Source: an uncultured Granulosicoccaceae bacterium (GTDB taxonomy: Bacteria; Pseudomonadota; Gammaproteobacteria; Granulosicoccales; Granulosicoccaceae). From it: DNA of 64,000 bases. The notes under the pieces are model-generated. The model searched no databases and was not told the origin of the DNA. It worked only from the letters and a program-made list of their open reading frames with translations. Each line of letters starts with the position of its first letter. The first letter of the stretch is position 1. The position numbers and the translations under genes are program-made. The stretch covers positions 9,737 to 73,736 of the forward strand of contig CALGKA010000036.1 of assembly GCA_937927895.1 (NCBI GenBank), read 5' to 3'. Positions 28,188-39,098 of the stretch are shown in pieces.

Positions 28188-28715
28188 CTAACGATTTATC
28201 TTGCCGGGCTGCAGCACAATATTGACTCGACCATCTTGGTTGCCTGCGGCCTTGAAGGTGAGTTCATTAAGATTGTATTCAATCGAGTGACCGGTGAGCT
28301 TCTGGCCGGGTCTTTCGAATTTGGCATCACCTTTAAAAGTAATATTGGAAGTGGCAGTGTTGTAGATTATCTCTTGGCACTCACCGCGCATCAGTTGATT
28401 GTCGAGTGTCATTTGCTGAAATCGAATAGGTCGGCCTGTGCCGGTAATCTTAAAAAGAGCACCGTCTTTGATTTCAATTTCTATTTTGTCAGCAGCAATA
28501 GACATTGAGCCTTGAGTGACTTCAACGTTGCCAGAAAGTATCTGCGTGCCAGCTCTTTCATTAAATTCTGAGTTGTCGGCTTTAACGTTGATGGGCTTGG
28601 TTTGATCCGCCACTTGCGCTTGCGCACTGCTGATAAGCAAAAGGGTCAACAGAATCACTGCGTTTAGACCTGCCCAAAGGGCTGGTAGGCGTTTTTTATT
28701 ATTTAGGAATCGCAA
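28188..28715 (-). CDS. lptA: LPS transport periplasmic protein LptA
   Basis: 175 aa with a signal peptide and an OstA-like fold; located between lptC and lptB. Confidence 0.88.
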   Translation of the reverse strand: MRFLNNKKRLPALWAGLNAVILLTLLLISSAQAQVADQTKPINVKADNSEFNERAGTQILSGNVEVTQGSMSIAADKIEIEIKDGALFKITGTGRPIRFQQMTLDNQLMRGECQEIIYNTATSNITFKGDAKFERPGQKLTGHSIEYNLNELTFKAAGNQDGRVNIVLQPGKINR

Positions 28716-29304
28716 ACTGTGCCTCCACTCCGGATGTAAATGACAATACGCCGGTATCTATCTCAGCCCGCATACCATTCGCTTTGTAGTTCCAGTTACC
28801 GCCTTTGACCTTTACAGTGTCTTTTGTGTCGATGACTCGTGCGGTGTTATCTATAGTAATCGAATCGGTATCAACAGCGATGGGTGGTTTGCCTTGAGTT
28901 CGATTATGGGTAAGTTCAACTTGCCCTTGCAAATTGAGCACATCGAATTCGGCTGATACCCGGCCGCTTTGCGCGTTTGCCTCCCAGAGTTCATCACCTT
29001 TGGTGCGTAATTGGACACTCGGCTGTTCAATGCCAGAGTAGCCTTCCAGGTAGTGGTGCGATAGTGACTTGCCGGTGAGTTTCAGGTACCTGCCATTAGC
29101 GTTGCCATTGGTACTGTTGGAGTGATTAGAAATATTGATAATTTCAAAGTCTTCCAGGTAGTAGTCACTTTGGTTTTCTGCCATCTCGATGGTGTCATTT
29201 TGTGCAGTTGGTTCAACGCCACTGTCATCTATCCATTGCCACGAAATAACAGCAATAACGAGCAATGTAAAAATCCAAATTCCTCTTCCGAGTTTTGCGG
29301 GCAT
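28699..29304 (-). CDS. lptC: LPS export system protein LptC
   Basis: 201 aa with an N-terminal anchor; overlaps the lptA start; position follows kdsC. Confidence 0.8.
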   Translation of the reverse strand: MPAKLGRGIWIFTLLVIAVISWQWIDDSGVEPTAQNDTIEMAENQSDYYLEDFEIINISNHSNSTNGNANGRYLKLTGKSLSHHYLEGYSGIEQPSVQLRTKGDELWEANAQSGRVSAEFDVLNLQGQVELTHNRTQGKPPIAVDTDSITIDNTARVIDTKDTVKVKGGNWNYKANGMRAEIDTGVLSFTSGVEAQFAIPK

Positions 29305-29415
29305 TCTGTTCCAGTGCGGCAGTTAGGTGTGGGCAGCAATTTGCCCATAGTAGTGGAAACAAGCTTAATATGAACTTTATTCTAAACAATAATTCGGCGA
29401 AAACTTAAGGTTGGC

Positions 29416-29940
29416 TTAGACCATGTAGCGTTTAACGGCCTCTCCATAGAGATTTTTGGCTTTTAGTATCAGTTCGCACGCTTCACGAGCTGCACCATTG
29501 CCGCCGGGCCTGGTGCTCGTCCAATGGGCAATTGCGCTGACTTCATCGGTGGCGTTCGGTACGGTAAGCGCTAGTCCAACCCGCCTCATAACGGGTAGAT
29601 CAATGATGTCGTCCCCCATATAGGCGAACTCATTCGGGGCCATTTCAAGTTGCTGACACAAACTCTGAAACGCTGGCAGCTTATTTTTAGCTCCTTGTAC
29701 TAAGTGTTCGATACCCAGTTCTTTACAACGGTGGCGCACAACGTTTGATTCGCGACCAGTGATGACCGCTATTTTTATTCCCGCATCGCCAAGCATTCGT
29801 ATACCGAGCCCATCGGCTGAATGAAAGCGTTTGAATTCTTGTCCATCGTCACTGCGATACAGACCGCCGTCGGTTAAGACGCCGTCTACGTCAAAGATAA
29901 TCGCTCGTACTGACGTGGCAAGGTGGGTGGCGCTGGACAT
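29416..29940 (-). CDS. kdsC: 3-deoxy-D-manno-octulosonate 8-phosphate phosphatase
   Basis: IIFDVDGVLTDGGLY...ITGR...YMGDDIIDLPVM HAD motifs. Confidence 0.92.
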   Translation of the reverse strand: MSSATHLATSVRAIIFDVDGVLTDGGLYRSDDGQEFKRFHSADGLGIRMLGDAGIKIAVITGRESNVVRHRCKELGIEHLVQGAKNKLPAFQSLCQQLEMAPNEFAYMGDDIIDLPVMRRVGLALTVPNATDEVSAIAHWTSTRPGGNGAAREACELILKAKNLYGEAVKRYMV

Positions 29941-30023
29941 AAGGTGCTGTGCTCTGATTATATTGTTGGGTTTTGAATGGAGTGGGGCGGTAAAACATTA
30001 GCGCTATGCGTCTAGTGCAATAA

Positions 30024-30070
30024 CTGCTGGACTACTAGTTGCTGGACTACACTAGTTGCTGGACTACACC
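30024..30070. repeat. Approximately 17-bp tandem repeat x3 spanning the kdsD stop codon
   Basis: ctgctggactacta / gttgctggactacacta / gttgctggactacacc. The last unit contains the final codons and TAG stop of kdsD (minus strand). Confidence 0.9.
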
Positions 30071-31146
30071 AGGCCTGCTTGTAACAGGGTGTGCATATTC
30101 AGTGCACCGCAAAGTGTGCCTTGTGCGTCTAGTACGGGTAGTGCATAAATTTTATGTTTTTCCATAAGCGCTAAGGCGTCTACAGCGAGCTGTGTATCTG
30201 TTACGCTATAACCACCTTGTGTCATGATATCGTCAATGCGGGTGTGGTTTATATCAATGCCGCGATCAAGCGCTCGGCGTAGATCACCATCTGAAAATAC
30301 CCCAAGCAACTGATCGTGGTTATCAACAATAGTAAGAAACCCTAATTGCCCGGCACTCATTGTATATAGGGCGTTTCGCAATAAGGAGCCGGTAAAAACT
30401 TTTGGTAGAGAGTTTCCGCTGATCATCACATCAGATACCGATAATAAAAGTTTCCTGCCGAGCTTGCCGCCAGGGTGAGTCATTGCGAAGTCGGCAGCAC
30501 TAAAGCCTCTAGTCTCAAGTAGGGTAACGGCTAATGCATCACCCATGGCAAGCGTTGCTGTAGTGCTTGAAGTAGGGGCTAACCCTAGCGGGCATGCCTC
30601 TTCTGCTACTTCTACATTTAGTACTGCGCTGGCACTTTGTGCAAGAGAAGAACTTGCTTTGCCGGTAATGGCAATAATGGGTATGCCAAGGCGTGTTACC
30701 TGCGGCAAAATAGTATTGATTTCAGTGGACTCACCGCTGTATGAAATAGTAATGATGACATCATCAGAGCGGATCATGCCAAGATCGCCATGCGATGCTT
30801 CGCTTGGGTGCACAAAGAAGGCGGGTGTTCCGGTGCTTGCCAGAGTTGCAGCTATTTTGTTCGCTATATGGCCAGACTTACCAACACCGCAAACCACTAC
30901 CCGACCAGTGCAATCCAGGATTAAGTCACACGCCTTGGCAAAGTTTGTATCTAGCGACTGACTAAGAGCGGCCACCGCTTTGGCTTCTGTGGCAAAAACT
31001 TTCTTACCTAGCCGCAGCAATTTTTCATGGCGTGCGCGAAGCTGTGCCTGGTCGGTGTTTTTGGTAGTGCCTGCGGTGTCGGGTTCCACGGCGTTGGCAG
31101 TGGTGTGGCCGGTAGCGCGATCGAGGGTTTCCGAGTCGTTGTTCAA
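30064..31146 (-). CDS. kdsD: Arabinose-5-phosphate isomerase (SIS + tandem CBS) with a roughly 35-aa low-complexity N-terminal extension
   Basis: VVVCGVGKSGHIANKIAATLASTGTPAFFVHPSEASHGDLG (SIS domain) and C-terminal CBS pairs. Confidence 0.92.
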   Translation of the reverse strand: MNNDSETLDRATGHTTANAVEPDTAGTTKNTDQAQLRARHEKLLRLGKKVFATEAKAVAALSQSLDTNFAKACDLILDCTGRVVVCGVGKSGHIANKIAATLASTGTPAFFVHPSEASHGDLGMIRSDDVIITISYSGESTEINTILPQVTRLGIPIIAITGKASSSLAQSASAVLNVEVAEEACPLGLAPTSSTTATLAMGDALAVTLLETRGFSAADFAMTHPGGKLGRKLLLSVSDVMISGNSLPKVFTGSLLRNALYTMSAGQLGFLTIVDNHDQLLGVFSDGDLRRALDRGIDINHTRIDDIMTQGGYSVTDTQLAVDALALMEKHKIYALPVLDAQGTLCGALNMHTLLQAGLV

Positions 31147-31358
31147 AGCTGGTCCATGGTGTTAGTTGTTGTCCGTCCATCAACAACGCTACAGCGGACC
31201 ACCCAGGACACGTGATCTTTCGCCGACCCTATATGGTTATTTAGAATGACTAAACACCTATATAGGGTATGCAAAATCTCACGCACTTGAATGATCCTCG
31301 CTACGCGCTGTTTATCGACGGACACTAGCTGGTAATTACTGGTGATAGACAATAATAA

Positions 31359-32276
31359 TTAAATTTCATCGAGCTTTTCTAGTTCTCTGAGCTCGTCGGA
31401 GTTGCCGGTAGTTGGTGTGTCTTCTTCGTCGTCTAGGTTATCTAGCATTTCTAGTTCATCTAGCTCGTCATCCAGGTCATCAAGCATGTCGAGTTCTTCT
31501 AGTTCGTTTAGCTCGTCGAGGTTTTTATCAGAGGTGATTACACTTGGTTTCTTCATTGGTTCGCTGTTAACTTGTTTGCGGCGCCAGCCGATGTATCTGT
31601 CTCGAACGAAGCGGTATGGATCAAGTGCGCCTGAATCTCGCAAAGAAGATGCGGCAAGTAGATTCGCGCGCGCATTGAGTACGTTGATAGTGACCAGTGC
31701 GCCGCGTGTTTGGTTTGACATCTCTATTGTGTTGAGTGGTTCAATAGTGCTATCTGCAACTAATCCCACTGTACTTCTAAGTGTTTGCGGTCCAAAGAAC
31801 GGCAGCACAAGGTATGGGCCTTCAGCTATGCCCCATACACCTAAAGTTTGTCCAAAATCTTCGTAGTGTTTTTCAAAGTCGAGTTGACTGGCAACATCAA
31901 TAAATCCACCAAATCCGATTATGGTGTTGACCACTACTCTTCCGGTATCCGATAAGCCCTGTTTAAATTTGCCCTGCAAAATACCGTTCGCAGCGGTTGA
32001 GACATCGCCGATGTTGCCAAAAAAGTTGTTAATACCCACGCGCACAATTGACGGCGTTATTTTCCGATAGCCCGTGGCAATAGGTTTCAACGCATAGCGG
32101 TCTATTTTGTCGTTAAATTCGTAAATAGAGCGGTTGACGGGCTCGAAAGGATCTGAAACCACCCCGGGAGTAGGAGCGGTGGTTGCACAGGCTGACAAAA
32201 GCACGCCTACAACTACTAGGCATAGCAGTCGGGTAAGGCTTTTTGCTCTTTGATTGTTCAAACTAAGCTCGTGCAT
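31359..32276 (-). CDS. mlaA: Outer-membrane lipoprotein MlaA/VacJ with an acidic Leu/Asp/Glu-rich C-terminal tail
   Basis: Lipobox LLSAC, NRSIYEFNDKIDRYALKPIATGYRKITP (VacJ core), then ...LDELNELEELDMLDDLDDELDELEMLDNLDDEED... Confidence 0.88.
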   Translation of the reverse strand: MHELSLNNQRAKSLTRLLCLVVVGVLLSACATTAPTPGVVSDPFEPVNRSIYEFNDKIDRYALKPIATGYRKITPSIVRVGINNFFGNIGDVSTAANGILQGKFKQGLSDTGRVVVNTIIGFGGFIDVASQLDFEKHYEDFGQTLGVWGIAEGPYLVLPFFGPQTLRSTVGLVADSTIEPLNTIEMSNQTRGALVTINVLNARANLLAASSLRDSGALDPYRFVRDRYIGWRRKQVNSEPMKKPSVITSDKNLDELNELEELDMLDDLDDELDELEMLDNLDDEEDTPTTGNSDELRELEKLDEI

Positions 32277-32702
32277 TTTGGTAGTTGCACCAAAGGCTTG
32301 TTAGGCCTGATAAATATCCAGCGTTTAGTGTACCTCAAGTGATTGCCAGAATAACAAGCCGTCAAGCCTGGAGGTCCTGGGTAAGGCCCTTTGGGATGAA
32401 GAATTAGCAAGGTGTTTTTATTGTATGTTGCTCATTAAGCTACTGATTAAGCTGCCGTTTGGGGTTGGATTGCTCAAATACTCCCTGTTGTATTGTTAGC
32501 TTTGTGGTGTGATCGGGTGGTGCGGACTTGAGATTGTCTGCTAATAACCCAAAATAAAGGGATAATCGCCGTGAAAACCACTGAAATCTGGCAATAATGG
32601 ACTGCAACTTACAGCTGCAACCTGAGTCTACCGATTCAAGTATTTATTCAATTTATGTAGTCACCGGGGAAGGGTGATGAAGTATTAAAAAAGGGGTATG
32701 GA

Positions 32703-33299
32703 ATGAAATTTCTACGAACAGCGCTGTTGGCGTTAATGATGTTGCCAACAGTCGCACTCGCGCATCCTGCGGAAGAGCTTATTCGGCAAATAACATCCGA
32801 TTTACTCGATGCTTTGAATAGCCCGGAGGCAAGTTCAAATTCTGAGTTCGTTAGAGAAACGGTCGATACTGATGTTTTGCCGCATATTGATTTCAGTACA
32901 ATGACCAAGATCACATTGGGACCAGCAGAGTGGAAGAAAGCCTCCAAAGAGCAGCGTTCAGACCTGGTAGGTGAGTTTCGTACTTTGCTGTTAAATACCT
33001 ACACCGCTGCTTTAGATCAGTACTCAGGTCAAAAGCTTGAAATATTGCCTCATGTGGCGGGTGACAACGACGATAAAATCGCCGTCGTTAAAACCATGTT
33101 CGACGATGCCAATGTAAAGATTCCAGTGGACTACAAGCTACGAACCACAAAGTCAGATCGAAATACCTGGCTGGTGTACGACATAGAGGTTGAAAGTGTC
33201 AGCTTAGTGAAAAGCTACAAGGCTGAGTTTTCGAGCCAAATCAAAAAGTCAGGGGTTGACGGTTTGATTAAGACGTTGCGCGACAAAAATTCAAGTTAG
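32703..33299 (+). CDS. mlaC: Phospholipid-binding periplasmic protein MlaC (Ttg2D family)
   Basis: 198 aa with a signal peptide; ...DFSTMTKITLGPAEWKKAS..QR..FRTLLLNTYT...W.VYD...V.SLV.SY is the Ttg2D/MlaC pattern. Confidence 0.85.
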   Translation: MKFLRTALLALMMLPTVALAHPAEELIRQITSDLLDALNSPEASSNSEFVRETVDTDVLPHIDFSTMTKITLGPAEWKKASKEQRSDLVGEFRTLLLNTYTAALDQYSGQKLEILPHVAGDNDDKIAVVKTMFDDANVKIPVDYKLRTTKSDRNTWLVYDIEVESVSLVKSYKAEFSSQIKKSGVDGLIKTLRDKNSS

Positions 33300-33361
33300 T
33301 GTTTGAAAAGCAATGATCAGCTCGGGATCATTGTTTGATTCCCGCCGTTTAATTCCCACCG

Positions 33362-33391
33362 TGCCGCAGCACTGTTGCGGCATTTTTGTTT
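33362..33391 (+). terminator. Intrinsic terminator after mlaC
   Basis: Stem tgccgca/tgcggca with a 7-nt loop, followed by TTTTTGTTT. A second hairpin (caatgatc/gatcattg + TTTG) sits at 33311-33337. Confidence 0.75.
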
Positions 33392-33631
33392 ACGCTTCCG
33401 GTTGGGCTAGCGCCAGTTGTTCCTGAATGCACGGCAGTATTGCCCGTAGCCCTTACATGAGAGGCTGGCCCTAAAGTTTTTATCCATTCTTAGATCATGT
33501 CTGTTTGGGATTAGCTGCAGCTTCCGTTATCATGTGCGGTTCGTGTGATCCGGTGACCAGAGCCGGCGCACGAATGAGCCCGGAGATTCTTTGATTTCTG
33601 GCGTAATCGCTTCCCTTTCGGGGCATTTTAA

Positions 33632-34894
<1,263 letters not shown>

Positions 34895-34897
34895 GCC

Positions 34898-35548
34898 ATG
34901 AGTCTGCCGAGCAATAGCCAGTCGCTAGCGATCGCGCTCACTAAGGGGCGAATACTAAAAGATACTCTGCCATTGCTTGCTGCAGTTGGTATTGTGCCGA
35001 CTGAAGATGCTGAAACGACTCGTAAGCTTCGAGTCGATACCACCCAGGAAGGCGTTCAGTTGCTGCTAGTCAGAGCATCAGATGTACCAGCTTATGTAGA
35101 ATATGGTGGAGCAGACATGGGTGTTACTGGTAAAGATGTATTGCTAGAGCACTCTGGGCGCGGTCTTTATGAGCCCTTGGATTTAGATATTGGTAAATGT
35201 CAGCTGGTGTTGGCAGGCAAAAAAGGCGCGAATGTCAGTGGCGAAGGGTTATTGCGAGTCGCGACTAAGTACCCCGAAGTCACCAGAAGATACTTTGACG
35301 AGCGCGGCCAACAAGTAGAGATCATTAAGCTTTACGGTTCTATGGAATTAGCACCACTTGTTGGTATGGCAGACCTAATTGTCGATATCATGGAGACTGG
35401 AGCCACTTTGCTGGCTAATGATTTAGAAGTCATTGAGCCTATTTGTGATATCAGCTCGCGCCTGATCGTGAACAAGGCGTCTATGAAAATGAAGCACGAA
35501 AAAATACATCAACTGATTAGCGGGATATCGCTTGCAGTTACACAATAA
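34898..35548 (+). CDS. hisG: ATP phosphoribosyltransferase, short (HisZ-dependent) form
   Basis: 216 aa. [11 protein letters not shown]...[28 protein letters not shown]...VATKYP. Confidence 0.93.
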   Translation: MSLPSNSQSLAIALTKGRILKDTLPLLAAVGIVPTEDAETTRKLRVDTTQEGVQLLLVRASDVPAYVEYGGADMGVTGKDVLLEHSGRGLYEPLDLDIGKCQLVLAGKKGANVSGEGLLRVATKYPEVTRRYFDERGQQVEIIKLYGSMELAPLVGMADLIVDIMETGATLLANDLEVIEPICDISSRLIVNKASMKMKHEKIHQLISGISLAVTQ

Positions 35549-35616
35549 TTTCACCATAAATTTGTCGTAACTTTTTGCCGCAAGTGTGCCGAATCAATAA
35601 TTGGATAACACAACAA

Positions 35617-36687
35617 ATGAATAGCCCAGTAGCGCAGTCTGATACAGACGATGTACGTATCAAAGAGCTGAAAGAATTAATATCGCCAGCAAGCTTAATG
35701 GCAGAACTGCCGGTGACTGCAGAAATTTCTAAAACTGTACGTGATGCGCGTAGTGGTATAAGCAATATCCTTCATGGCAAAGATGATCGCCTTGCGGTGG
35801 TTGTTGGGCCTTGCTCTATTCACGACCCTGAAGCAGGGGTTGAGTACGCGCGTAAACTTCAAGCGGTAGCAGCTGACTTATCGGATGACTTGCTTATAGT
35901 CATGCGAGTGTACTTTGAAAAGCCGCGTACTACCGTGGGTTGGAAAGGTCTTATTAATGACCCGGGCCTGGACGATAGCTTTGAAATTAATCGTGGGCTA
36001 CGAGTAGCGCGCGAGTTACTTCGCGATATCAACCAGCTTGGCTTACCAGCGGGTACTGAATTCCTTGACCTTATTAGTCCGCAGTATATTGCTGACCTTG
36101 TTGGTTGGGGTGCGATTGGTGCGCGCACCACAGAGAGCCAGGGACATCGTGAGTTGGCTTCGGGAATTTCAGCGCCAGTGGGGTTTAAAAACGGTACTGG
36201 TGGTAGTGTGCAAATTGCCGTAGATGCAATCTGTTCATCATCGCGCCCGCATCATTTTTTATCGGTAACCAAAGAGGGCGCTTCTGCTATTTTCACCACT
36301 ACTGGCAACGAAGATTGTCATCTTATTTTGCGCGGCGGGCCGCACACTAATTATGATGCAGCCAGCATGGATGATGCCTCTGCAATGATGGAAAAAGCAG
36401 GCTTAAAGCCTAATGTGATGATCGACTGTAGTCATGCTAACTGCCGCAAAATATTTAAGCGTCAGCGCTACGTTTGTCGTGATATTTGCAGCCAACTGAG
36501 TGATGGCGATAAAAGAATCATGGGCGTTATGATTGAAAGCAACTTGGTTGAAGGTCGACAAGATCAAAAGCCAGGCCAGACACTTACTAAAGGTCAAAGT
36601 ATCACTGACCCGTGTATTGGTTGGGACGCTACCGTTGAAATGTTGCATGAGCTAGCGACGGCAGTTGCTACTCGAAGAAGCGTGTAA
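35617..36687 (+). CDS. 3-deoxy-7-phosphoheptulonate (DAHP) synthase, class I (AroF/G/H type)
   Basis: DDVRIKELKELISP...VVVGPCSIHD...MRVYFEKPRTTVGWKGLINDP...CSHANC. ATG 35617 is preferred over TTG 35575. The isozyme and feedback specificity cannot be told from sequence by eye. Confidence 0.9.
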   Translation: MNSPVAQSDTDDVRIKELKELISPASLMAELPVTAEISKTVRDARSGISNILHGKDDRLAVVVGPCSIHDPEAGVEYARKLQAVAADLSDDLLIVMRVYFEKPRTTVGWKGLINDPGLDDSFEINRGLRVARELLRDINQLGLPAGTEFLDLISPQYIADLVGWGAIGARTTESQGHRELASGISAPVGFKNGTGGSVQIAVDAICSSSRPHHFLSVTKEGASAIFTTTGNEDCHLILRGGPHTNYDAASMDDASAMMEKAGLKPNVMIDCSHANCRKIFKRQRYVCRDICSQLSDGDKRIMGVMIESNLVEGRQDQKPGQTLTKGQSITDPCIGWDATVEMLHELATAVATRRSV

Positions 36688-36696
36688 GTTACCGTT

Positions 36697-38010
36697 GTGA
36701 TTACCGTTACTAAGCTACAATCCGATCAAGCTGATTTTAGTCATCGCTTGGAAACGCTCCTTGCATGGGAGTCGGTGTCTGATCAGGCAGTTGCTGAAAC
36801 GGTCAATAGCATTATTAGTGATGTACGTGCCGAAGGGGATCATGCGTTATTAAAGTACACGCAAAAGTTCGATCGCAGATCTGTTAAAACGGCCGCTGAA
36901 CTTGAACTTAGCAAAGAATCATTGGCAGCGGCGCTTGAACGAATACCTGCAGAAGTGGCAGCGGCACTAACGGCTGCTTCCAATAGAATTGTTGAATTCC
37001 ACCAGCGTCAAGTGGGTGAGTCATGGCAGTATCAAGAGGCAGATGGAACCTTGCTTGGGCAGCGTATCACACCCCTTGATCGCGTCGGTCTATATGTGCC
37101 AGGTGGCAAAGCGGCGTATCCCTCTTCAGTACTAATGAACGCGATACCCGCTAAAGTTGCAGGCGTTCAAGAGTTGATTATGGTGGTGCCAGCCCCGGAC
37201 GATGAGCTCGACGATGCAGTATTGGCCGCGGCCTGTGTCGCAGGCGTTGATAGGGTATTTACTGTCGGTGGTGCGCAGGCGGTAGCGGCGTTGGCCTATG
37301 GCACTGAGATGGTGCAGCCTGTCGATAAAATAGTTGGCCCGGGTAATATCTATGTCGCTACCGCTAAGCGTGCAGTGTTTGGCAAAGTGGGCATAGACAT
37401 GATCGCCGGCCCCTCGGAAATCTGTATTGTCTGCGATGGTGATACCGACCCGATGTGGATTGCCGCAGATCTGTTTTCGCAAGCCGAACACGACGAACAA
37501 GCGCAGGCCATTTTAATTAGCGATAACGAACACTTTTTGCAAGAAGTGCACAACGCTATGAATGAATTGATTAAAAAAATGCCAAGGGCCGATATTATTC
37601 GTACCTCTCTGCAAAACCGAGGCTGCTTTATTAGCGTGCCCAATCTTTCTGAGGCTTGTGAAATAGTTAATTCCATAGCGCCTGAGCATCTTGAATTGTC
37701 AGTGCAAAACCCAGAACAAATACTTGAAGACATCCGCCATGCCGGTGCTATTTTTATGGGACGCTACACGGCAGAGGCGTTGGGTGATTACTGTGCTGGC
37801 CCTAATCATGTTTTGCCAACCTCTGGCACGGCGAGATTCTCAAGTCCGCTGGGGGTTTACGATTTTCAAAAGCGTAGCAGCGTGATTAGCTGTACTCGTG
37901 ACAGTGCGGCGACTCTTGGCAAAACAGCGGCACTATTGGCGCGTTGTGAGGGGCTTGAGGCCCACGCGGTTTCCGCCGAAGCTCGATTTACTAACTCAAT
38001 CCACCGATAA
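36697..38010 (+). CDS. hisD: Histidinol dehydrogenase
   Basis: GTG start. [24 protein letters not shown]...[12 protein letters not shown]...SQAEHDE...APEHLEL. Confidence 0.95.
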   Translation: MITVTKLQSDQADFSHRLETLLAWESVSDQAVAETVNSIISDVRAEGDHALLKYTQKFDRRSVKTAAELELSKESLAAALERIPAEVAAALTAASNRIVEFHQRQVGESWQYQEADGTLLGQRITPLDRVGLYVPGGKAAYPSSVLMNAIPAKVAGVQELIMVVPAPDDELDDAVLAAACVAGVDRVFTVGGAQAVAALAYGTEMVQPVDKIVGPGNIYVATAKRAVFGKVGIDMIAGPSEICIVCDGDTDPMWIAADLFSQAEHDEQAQAILISDNEHFLQEVHNAMNELIKKMPRADIIRTSLQNRGCFISVPNLSEACEIVNSIAPEHLELSVQNPEQILEDIRHAGAIFMGRYTAEALGDYCAGPNHVLPTSGTARFSSPLGVYDFQKRSSVISCTRDSAATLGKTAALLARCEGLEAHAVSAEARFTNSIHR

Positions 38011-38474
38011 AGCCAGAGTCGTTATCACGTAGCCGCAATCAGGCATCGCAAACGTCAAAACTCCGGCAGGGCATGACGGGAGATTCGCTGAAGTCATCCC
38101 AATTTATGAGTAGGCATCATGTGCCGATCACAGGCTGTTGAAATGGCTACCGGGTGGTAAATACCTCGACGTGGAATAGATATTGGATGCCAGATGCCAG
38201 CGATTCGTGGCGAAATGGTTCCGGGCGCACTTATTCAGCTTGTGATTGCCCCAGTTGCAATGTCTTATTCATGCCGATCTGTGAGTATTCTGAAGTTATG
38301 TGTTAATATTTGCGGTTGCCAGTAATTGGAAGATTTTAGCTGTTGGCAGCTCTAATTTTTCGCGGTCATTGCGTGTGAAATTGACCCGGGGCATCACAAT
38401 TCCATACGTGCTGAAATCGTTAATCGATCTCAGCATGTTGAACAAGATTTTAAAATAATCATTTGGAGCATCCT

Positions 38475-39098
38475 ATGGCAACAGATAATGTTGCTTCCAA
38501 CGGGGGTAGTGCCCCGGCAGTAGACCTAAAAAGACGCAGGTTGTTAACCACCGGAGCAGGCGTTGTCGGTGGTTTAGGTGCGATAACATTAGGAATACCA
38601 TTCGTATCATCCATGTCACCAAGCGCTAGAGCGAAAGCCGCCGGTGCGCCGGTCGAAGTTGATATCAGCAAACTGGAGCCAGGGCAGCGAGTGATCGTTG
38701 AATGGCGCGGTAAGCCGGTATGGGTAGTACGCAGAACCCAAGCTCTGCTGGATAGTCTTGAGACTGTGAAAGATGAATTGCGCGATATCGAATCTGATGA
38801 TTCAGACCAGCCAGAGTACGCAAAGAACATTCACCGATCGATCAAGCCAGAGACGTTAGTAATGGTTGGGATTTGTACCCACCTTGGTTGCTCACCAACT
38901 TACAGACCCGATGTTGCAGCGGCTGATTTAGGTGCTGATTGGCTGGGTGGATTCTTCTGTCCTTGTCACGGTTCTAAATTTGATATTTCCGGCCGTGTGT
39001 ATAAAGGTGTGCCAGCACCTACTAACCTTGAAGTTCCACCGCACCAGTATCTATCGGATACACGGATTCTTGTGGGCGCAGACGGAGGTCAAGCCTAA
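38475..39098 (+). CDS. petA: Ubiquinol-cytochrome c reductase iron-sulfur (Rieske) subunit
   Basis: A GGAG sits 7 nt upstream of ATG 38475. Tat signal KRRRLLTT. Rieske motifs CTHLGC and CPCHGS. Confidence 0.93.
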   Translation: MATDNVASNGGSAPAVDLKRRRLLTTGAGVVGGLGAITLGIPFVSSMSPSARAKAAGAPVEVDISKLEPGQRVIVEWRGKPVWVVRRTQALLDSLETVKDELRDIESDDSDQPEYAKNIHRSIKPETLVMVGICTHLGCSPTYRPDVAAADLGADWLGGFFCPCHGSKFDISGRVYKGVPAPTNLEVPPHQYLSDTRILVGADGGQA

